Under the pieces are notes generated by a model. That model made no database searches. It had not been told where the DNA came from and saw only the letters and a program-made list of their open reading frames with translations. Made by a program: the position numbers and the translations under genes. A stretch of DNA of 64,000 nt from an uncultured Alphaproteobacteria bacterium (GTDB taxonomy: Bacteria > Pseudomonadota > Alphaproteobacteria > HIMB59 > GCA-002718135). This document shows positions 57,788 to 64,000 of this stretch, one piece after another; within the stretch, counting starts at the first letter, position 1; every line of letters starts with the position of its first letter. Location: assembly GCA_902627245.1 (NCBI GenBank), contig CACOIH010000002.1, positions 11,630-75,629 of the forward strand. Direction: 5' to 3'.

Positions 57788-58966
57788 TTATTTTGAAAAA
57801 TATTTTTTTACTAATTCAACCCAGAAGTTTACACCTACAGGTAAAAGATTATCATTAAAATCATATTTAGTTGTATGTAGATGAGCTTTGTGATTGTCAT
57901 CACCCTGCCCTAAATATAAATAAGTCCCAGGTTTTTCCTCTAGCAAATAAGAAAAATCCTCACCACCCATTGAAGGATCAATATCTGTTATAACTTTTTC
58001 TTCACCTACTAAATCTTTTGCGACATTGGCAGCAAAAATACTTTCTTTCTTTGAATTAATTGTTGGTGGATATTTATTGATTAAATCAAATTGAATTTTA
58101 ATTTCAGCCCCATGTGCTTCTGCAATACCATTACATATTTCTCTTAATCTTTTTTCTATATATGATCGAGTTTCTTTTCTAAATGTTCTTATAGTTCCGC
58201 CCATTTTTACTTGATCATCAATAACGTTATAAGCCGTTCCAGCATTTATTTTAGTTATACTAATTAATGCTTTGTCAACAGGATCTGTTGATCGACTTAT
58301 TATCGTTTGAACGGCTGAAATAACTTGTGCAGATATTACAACAGGATCTATAGCTAAATGCGGTGAAGCGGCATGACCTCCCTTACCTTTAACGATTATA
58401 TCAAATTCATCTACAGCTGCCATCATAGGACCGCTGTTTACTCCAAAAGTTCCAAATGGAAGTTCTGGCCAATTATGCAGAGCATAAACTTCATCAATTT
58501 TAAAGTCTTTAAACATTCCATCATCAATCATTTTTTTTCCACCTGCGAAACCTTCTTCACCTGGCTGAAAAATAAAATAAACCCTGCCGTCAAAATCATT
58601 ATTTTCACTTAAATACTTTGCTGCTCCAAGTAGCATTGTAGTATGTCCATCATGACCGCAAGCATGCATCATTCCCTCATTTGTAGATTTGTGATTAAAT
58701 TCATTTTTTTCTGGCATTGGAAGAGCATCAAAGTCAGCACGTAGACCAATCGTTTTTTCAGATTTAGTTTTATTACCGTCAACCCATGCAACTATACCAG
58801 TTTTTGAATATCCATCTTTAAAATTTATATTAAATTCTTTTAATTTATTTTTTATATATTTAGATGTTTCATACTCCTCTAATCCAATTTCAGGTATTTT
58901 ATGTAAATCCTGACGCCATTCTGTCATTTCATTTAACATTTGATTAATACTATTTAAAATTGGCAT
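57788..58966 (-). CDS. M20D-family amidohydrolase (N-acyl-amino-acid / hippurate hydrolase type)
   Basis: 392 aa with MHACGHDGH and FQPGEEG metal-site segments. Confidence 0.85.
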   Translation of the reverse strand: MPILNSINQMLNEMTEWRQDLHKIPEIGLEEYETSKYIKNKLKEFNINFKDGYSKTGIVAWVDGNKTKSEKTIGLRADFDALPMPEKNEFNHKSTNEGMMHACGHDGHTTMLLGAAKYLSENNDFDGRVYFIFQPGEEGFAGGKKMIDDGMFKDFKIDEVYALHNWPELPFGTFGVNSGPMMAAVDEFDIIVKGKGGHAASPHLAIDPVVISAQVISAVQTIISRSTDPVDKALISITKINAGTAYNVIDDQVKMGGTIRTFRKETRSYIEKRLREICNGIAEAHGAEIKIQFDLINKYPPTINSKKESIFAANVAKDLVGEEKVITDIDPSMGGEDFSYLLEEKPGTYLYLGQGDDNHKAHLHTTKYDFNDNLLPVGVNFWVELVKKYFSK

Positions 58967-59598
58967 TAAAATAACCCAAATAATCCTTTTTTATTAAGTT
59001 TGTCCTCACAACTTTTTAATTGTTTATTAAACATATTTGTATTTCTTTCTACATTTTTGGCCACTTCAATCAACCATTCTTTATTTTTAAAGGTCTTTTT
59101 TGACCAACCATTTTGACCTTCATGATAGGCTAAGTATTGATTATAATAATCTTTTTTTGATATACCAACCATATTTTCAGATTGAGTTGTATACCAACCT
59201 ATAAAATCAGTTACATCATTAAAATTAGCCCTAGATGCATTTTGATTAGCAGTTTTATTTTTATACCATTCCCAAGTTGGATTAGTAATTTGAGCATAGC
59301 CAAAAGCAGTAGATGGTCTAGAACTAGGGATAAAACCTAACAACTTTTTTCTTTTTGGTTTTGCGAATTGAGTAAATGATGATTCTTGTTTGATAACAGC
59401 TAGCTGAAAAGCAATTGGTGTTTCCCATTTATCATAAGATTTTTTAGTTGCTTTATACCAATTTTTCTTTTGATCAAATATAATACAACTATCGGCCGTA
59501 TTAATAAGTTGGTTTGAAGTGCAGGCATAAAGAAATATAATCGAAATACATACTATTATTAAAAAGTTGTCTAACTTCATTAGTGGCCTAAATATCAT
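58966..59598 (-). CDS. Lipoprotein with SLT-like lytic transglycosylase core
   Basis: 210 aa with lipobox LYAC, catalytic-Glu context AVIKQESSF, and FGYAQIT. Confidence 0.6.
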   Translation of the reverse strand: MIFRPLMKLDNFLIIVCISIIFLYACTSNQLINTADSCIIFDQKKNWYKATKKSYDKWETPIAFQLAVIKQESSFTQFAKPKRKKLLGFIPSSRPSTAFGYAQITNPTWEWYKNKTANQNASRANFNDVTDFIGWYTTQSENMVGISKKDYYNQYLAYHEGQNGWSKKTFKNKEWLIEVAKNVERNTNMFNKQLKSCEDKLNKKGLFGLF

Positions 59599-59682
59599 AA
59601 TTTTTGATTATATAGTCTTAAATGTGGCAAAAAATTATTGCTTACTATTGAATTATGAATATGAATGCTTAAATTTTAAAAA

Positions 59683-61542
59683 ATGGCAGAAAAAACAAAA
59701 GAAAACCTATCCTTTCAAGCAGAGGTAAGTAAACTATTAGATTTAGTAGCTAACTCTTTATACAGTGAAAGAGAGATATTCTTACGTGAATTAATCTCAA
59801 ACTCTGCAGATGCTTGTGAAAAATTAAGATACCAATCACTTTCTAAAAAAAATCTTTTAAAAGATGAAACTGATTTAAAGATTAATATTAGAGTTTCTAA
59901 AAAGAAAAAAATTATTGAAATAGAAGATAATGGAATAGGTATGACTAAACAAGATTTAATCGACAATCTTGGTACAATTGCTAGATCTGGAACTAGCAAG
60001 TTTGTAGAAGCGATGAAAAATAAAAAGGATAATGATATTACGGCTATCGGACAATTTGGTGTAGGTTTCTATTCTTCTTATATGGTTTCAGATAAGGTCA
60101 ATGTACTATCAAAAGATGCCGAAAAAAACGAAGCGAATCTTTGGTCTTCAAATGGTAAAGAAAATTATTCAATTGAAAATGCTAAAAAAGAAAAAAGAGG
60201 TACATGCATAACTCTAAATATTAAAAAAAATGCTGATGAGTTTTTGGATTCATTTCGATTAAGATCAATAATTACTAAATACTCAAATTACATACCTTTT
60301 CCAATTTATCTAAAAGACCTTGATGATAAAGAGAAAGAGGAAAAAATTAATGAAGGCAGCCCATTGTGGTTAAAAGATAAAAAAGATATTAAAGATGAAG
60401 ATTATAAACAATTTTATAATAATATTTCATTTAACTTCGATGAACCTCTTAGAACAATTCACTACAATGCTGAAGGTGTAATAAGTTATAAAGCTCTAGT
60501 TTATTTACCTACTAATCAGCCAATGGACTTATTTAATGCAGATAGAAAAAATAAAATAAAACTATATGTTCAAAAAGTATTTATTACAGATGAATGTGAT
60601 GATATCATTCCAAATTGGTTAAGGTTCATACCCGGTGTAGTAGACTCTCAAGATATTTCTCTTAATATTAGTAGAGAGATGTTACAAAATAATCCTATAA
60701 TTACAAAGATTAAAAAAGGCTTAACGAATAAAATACTAAGTGAAATCGAAAATTTAGCAAAGAAAGAAAAACCTAAATTTGAAACATTCTGGAATAATTT
60801 TGGCCCAGTATTAAAAGAAGGCCTATACGAACATAATGATCATCATGAAAAAATACTTCCTCTGCTTAGATTTGAAAATTCTATAAATGAAAATAAGATT
60901 TCCCTAGAAGAATACATTAAAATAATGGCAAAAGATCAGAAAGAAATTTACTATTTTGCTAATACCGACAAAGATCACATTAAAAACTCACCTCAGTTGG
61001 AAGTTTTTGCAGATAAAAAAATCCCTGTTCTATTTATGATAGATGCAGTTGACGAATTTTGGATTCAAAATGTAAATAAGTTTAAAGATATTGAATTTAA
61101 GTCAATTACTAAAGGCAAAGTGGATGTTTCAAAAGTTGGAGAGAGTACAAAAGATATTAAAGATGAAGACAAAAAAATAGATAACAAAATCAAAGATTTA
61201 ATTAATATACTTAAAACTGAACTCAAAGAAAATATATCAAATGTTATAATTTCTGATAGACTTACTAAGAGCCCAATACTACTTGTTGCAGAAGAAACAG
61301 GCATGGATATTAATATGGAAAAATTAATGAAATTGCATAATCAACAAACTCCTAATTCTAAAAAAATATTGGAAATTAATCCAAATCATCCTATGATAAT
61401 TAACTTATCAAATAATTTAACTAAAGTTGATCATAAAAAAATGTCAGATCTTATATTAGATCAAGCTAATATTCTTGATGGAAATGTATTATCCAATCCT
61501 TCTGGATATTTAGAAAATCTAACTGAAATTTTTATTAAGTAA
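59683..61542 (+). CDS. htpG: Molecular chaperone HtpG (Hsp90)
   Basis: 619 aa with GHKL ATPase motifs ELISNSADA, DNGIGM and GQFGVGFYS. Confidence 0.95.
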   Translation: MAEKTKENLSFQAEVSKLLDLVANSLYSEREIFLRELISNSADACEKLRYQSLSKKNLLKDETDLKINIRVSKKKKIIEIEDNGIGMTKQDLIDNLGTIARSGTSKFVEAMKNKKDNDITAIGQFGVGFYSSYMVSDKVNVLSKDAEKNEANLWSSNGKENYSIENAKKEKRGTCITLNIKKNADEFLDSFRLRSIITKYSNYIPFPIYLKDLDDKEKEEKINEGSPLWLKDKKDIKDEDYKQFYNNISFNFDEPLRTIHYNAEGVISYKALVYLPTNQPMDLFNADRKNKIKLYVQKVFITDECDDIIPNWLRFIPGVVDSQDISLNISREMLQNNPIITKIKKGLTNKILSEIENLAKKEKPKFETFWNNFGPVLKEGLYEHNDHHEKILPLLRFENSINENKISLEEYIKIMAKDQKEIYYFANTDKDHIKNSPQLEVFADKKIPVLFMIDAVDEFWIQNVNKFKDIEFKSITKGKVDVSKVGESTKDIKDEDKKIDNKIKDLINILKTELKENISNVIISDRLTKSPILLVAEETGMDINMEKLMKLHNQQTPNSKKILEINPNHPMIINLSNNLTKVDHKKMSDLILDQANILDGNVLSNPSGYLENLTEIFIK

Positions 61543-62473
61543 TTGAATTGACAATTTTATTATTTTTAAAATATTCGCAGAACTGGTTGGCGACCATTTC
61601 AGCAACAATTATTTGAGCTTCATCGGTTGAAGCTGCTATATGAGGTGTTAAAATTAAATTTTTTAAATTAAATAATTCACTTTCTTCAAGAGGTTCTGTT
61701 TTAAAAACATCTAATGCTGCTCCTTTGATTACATTATTTTTAAGTGCTTGAATTAGATCAGCTTCATTAATTAAACCACCTCTTGCTGTATTAACTAATA
61801 TACAATTTTTTTTCATCATATTAAATTCATCTTTAGTAATAATTGAGCTACCGTCTTTATTAGGCTTACAATGGAATGAAATAATATCAGAATTTGATAA
61901 AATATTCGTTAAGTCACTCGAAACATAGTTTTTAAAATTATCTTTTATAGAATTAAAATAAGATGAATAAATAGAAACTTTCATACCTAATGCACTAGAA
62001 ATTTCAGCTACTCTTTTTCCAACATTACCAAATCCTACAATTCCTATTTTTTTACCTTTTAATTCATTTCCCTTCATTTTCTTTTTTTCCCATAATCCTC
62101 TATGAGTTGACTCGTTAGCAATGGATATTTTTCTTAGTAATGTAAAAATTAATCCAATAGTATGTTCAGCAGTTGCATTCGTATTGCCTCCTGGTGTGTT
62201 CATAACAATGATATTTTTACTTTTTGCATTTTCAACATCAATATTATCGACTCCTGCTCCTGCTCTACCTATAATTTTTAAATTTGTCGCTACTTCAATT
62301 ATGTCAGCTGTAACCTTAGTAGCTGACCTAACTATAAGGCCATCATAATTTGCGATTATATTTTTTAATTCTTCTGGTGTTAAGTTTGTTTTTATTTCAA
62401 CATCAAAATTATTTTTTAAAAGAATTTCAGATGCAATATTATCCATTGCGTCAGAAATCAATATTTTAGGCAT
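61535..62473 (-). CDS. serA: D-3-phosphoglycerate dehydrogenase, short form without ACT domain
   Basis: 312 aa D-2-hydroxyacid dehydrogenase with GIVGFGNVGKRV and TPHIAAST. It overlaps serC by 8 nt. Confidence 0.8.
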   Translation of the reverse strand: MPKILISDAMDNIASEILLKNNFDVEIKTNLTPEELKNIIANYDGLIVRSATKVTADIIEVATNLKIIGRAGAGVDNIDVENAKSKNIIVMNTPGGNTNATAEHTIGLIFTLLRKISIANESTHRGLWEKKKMKGNELKGKKIGIVGFGNVGKRVAEISSALGMKVSIYSSYFNSIKDNFKNYVSSDLTNILSNSDIISFHCKPNKDGSSIITKDEFNMMKKNCILVNTARGGLINEADLIQALKNNVIKGAALDVFKTEPLEESELFNLKNLILTPHIAASTDEAQIIVAEMVANQFCEYFKNNKIVNSIT

Positions 62474-63629
62474 GCTTTGTTTTTATCTCATTATATGCCC
62501 AGTCAATCCAAGGTAGAACTAATTCAACATCTGAAGTTTGAACTGTTCCACCTGCCCATATTCTGAATGAGGGAGGAGCTTTTGGATATCCATTACAGTC
62601 AAATCCAACATTATTTTCTGATAAAAGTTTGCAGATTTCAGCCATAACAGATCTCTGCTCTTTTTCATCTTTATTAGTAAACCAACTCTCCGTTATTTTA
62701 AAAGTTATACCAGTATTAGAAATATAATTTATATCTTTATATTCAGACAGAAAAGATAGATAATTATTCTGATCAATCCAATCACTGATTTTTTTTAATG
62801 AATTTTGTGATTTAGAAATTAAAGAATTTAATCCACCCTCTTTTGAAACCCAATTGAGACTATCTATTATATCTTCAACACAAATCATAGATGGTGTATT
62901 TATTGTATTTCCCTCAAATATACCTTTTATTAATTTATTGTTTTCAGCTATTCTAAATAATTTTGGAACAGGCCATGATGGAGTATAACTTTCTAATCTT
63001 TCAATAACTCTTGGAGATATAGCAATCATTCCATGAGCAGCCTCTCCACCTAAAATTTTTTGCCACGACCATGTAATTACATCACACTTTTTATAATCTA
63101 TTGGCATTCCAAAAATTGCTGATGTAGCATCACATATAGTAAGTCCTTTTCTATCATCAGGTATCCAATCTCCATTAGGAACCTTGACCCCAGAAGTTGT
63201 GCCGTTCCATGTAAATATTACATCATTATCAAAGTTTACTTTACTAAGATCTGGAAGCTTTCCATAATCTTCTTCATGAATATTTAAATTTTTAAGTTTT
63301 AATTGACTAATTGCATCAATGACCCAGTCTTTCCCAAAATTTTCCCAGGCTAAAATATCTACACCTGTTTTACCTAAAAGACACCACATTGCAGCTTCTA
63401 ATGCTCCTGTGTTTGATCCAGGCATAATTCCTAATAAATAATCTTCTGGCAAGCCTAATATATTTTTGGATTTATCAATGGCTTCTTTTAGTCTTTCTTT
63501 ACATTCTACAGATCTATGAGATCTTCCAGTTAAAGCATTGCTTAATGCTGTAATATCCCAACCTGGTCTTTTAGAGGTTGGCCCACTAGAGAAATTCGGG
63601 TTTGCTGGTTTCAAGTTAGGTTTATTCAT
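62466..63629 (-). CDS. serC: Phosphoserine aminotransferase (long alphaproteobacterial type)
   Basis: 387-aa class-V aminotransferase-like protein, in an operon with serA. Confidence 0.85.
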   Translation of the reverse strand: MNKPNLKPANPNFSSGPTSKRPGWDITALSNALTGRSHRSVECKERLKEAIDKSKNILGLPEDYLLGIMPGSNTGALEAAMWCLLGKTGVDILAWENFGKDWVIDAISQLKLKNLNIHEEDYGKLPDLSKVNFDNDVIFTWNGTTSGVKVPNGDWIPDDRKGLTICDATSAIFGMPIDYKKCDVITWSWQKILGGEAAHGMIAISPRVIERLESYTPSWPVPKLFRIAENNKLIKGIFEGNTINTPSMICVEDIIDSLNWVSKEGGLNSLISKSQNSLKKISDWIDQNNYLSFLSEYKDINYISNTGITFKITESWFTNKDEKEQRSVMAEICKLLSENNVGFDCNGYPKAPPSFRIWAGGTVQTSDVELVLPWIDWAYNEIKTKHA

Positions 63630-63631
63630 AA

Positions 63632-64000
63632 TTATTTTCCAAATTCATAGACCACTAAACCATCCAGAGGTTTAGGATCAAACCAGGTTGATTTTGGTGG
63701 CATAGTCAACTTATTATCGGCGACCTTAATAACATCACTTATATGAGATGGGAAGATAGAAAATGCCACACTATCTTTATTTTCATCAACTTTTTTTTCA
63801 AGAGCTTCCAAACCATGGCACCCTGCTATGAACCTTATTCTTTCATCATTGTTTACATCTTGAATATTTAAGTATTTTTTAAAAATGAAATTATTTAAAA
63901 TGTTGATATCAAGAGTATCAACAAAATTTCTAGTTTCAAATTTTTCTTTGAAGTACAAAGAGTACCATTTATTTTCATGATACATTCCAAATTCTCTATT
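63632..64000 (-). CDS. DUF1015-family protein, C-terminal part (gene continues past the right edge)
   Basis: The C-terminal MPPKSTWFDPKPLDGLVVYE is the characteristic DUF1015 end. The frame stays open upstream of the Met listed in the ORF track. Confidence 0.6.
   Translation of the reverse strand, partial: NREFGMYHENKWYSLYFKEKFETRNFVDTLDINILNNFIFKKYLNIQDVNNDERIRFIAGCHGLEALEKKVDENKDSVAFSIFPSHISDVIKVADNKLTMPPKSTWFDPKPLDGLVVYEFGK

Overview
64-kb window from a very AT-rich, extremely gene-dense chromosome. Genes often overlap by 1-20 nt (TAATG and ATGA junctions), and same-strand spacers are mostly under 60 nt. Composition, gene content and gene order look alphaproteobacterial and Pelagibacterales (SAR11)-like; this is an inference from reading the sequence, not a database result.

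I can support about 75 protein genes and 2 intact tRNAs (Ser-UGA, Lys-UUU). I see no rRNA, CRISPR array, transposase or integrase.

Most of the window is housekeeping:
- metG-holB-tmk with cell-wall enzymes (dac, rlpA, mltB)
- mfd / sdhE-like / recG
- coaD-gyrA, ssb / uvrA, sodB, yajC-secD-secF, htpG, DUF1015-serC-serA

Observations worth a second look:
1. The single tRNA-Ser(UGA) is flanked by an orphan 5' half upstream and a perfect 74-nt 3' repeat downstream. These bound two small integrase-less islets (about 8.97-12.87 kb) that carry only unassignable secreted or membrane ORFs.
2. A compact 7-9 gene cluster (37.9-44.8 kb) combines a GTP cyclohydrolase II paralogue, a stand-alone RibD-C reductase, a His-poor PTPS-like T-fold protein, an MDR dehydrogenase, a GT4 glycosyltransferase, a SAM methyltransferase and a creatininase-family hydrolase. 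It looks like a pathway to an uncharacterised GTP-derived (pyrimidine, pteridine or flavin-like) glycosylated and methylated metabolite.
3. A 1016-aa protein fuses a kinase, an M23 peptidase domain and a class-III aminotransferase.
4. An mcl-mtkA-mtkB (malyl-CoA lyase plus malate thiokinase) operon.
5. Two genes (psuG, uvrA) are each disrupted at an A8 tract, with the conserved C-terminus continuing in the +1 frame.
6. A 305-nt non-coding spacer, which is long for this genome.

Limits: no searches were run. Family calls rest on motifs I recognise in the translations. Start codons are uncertain in AT-rich DNA. Promoter calls are weak.
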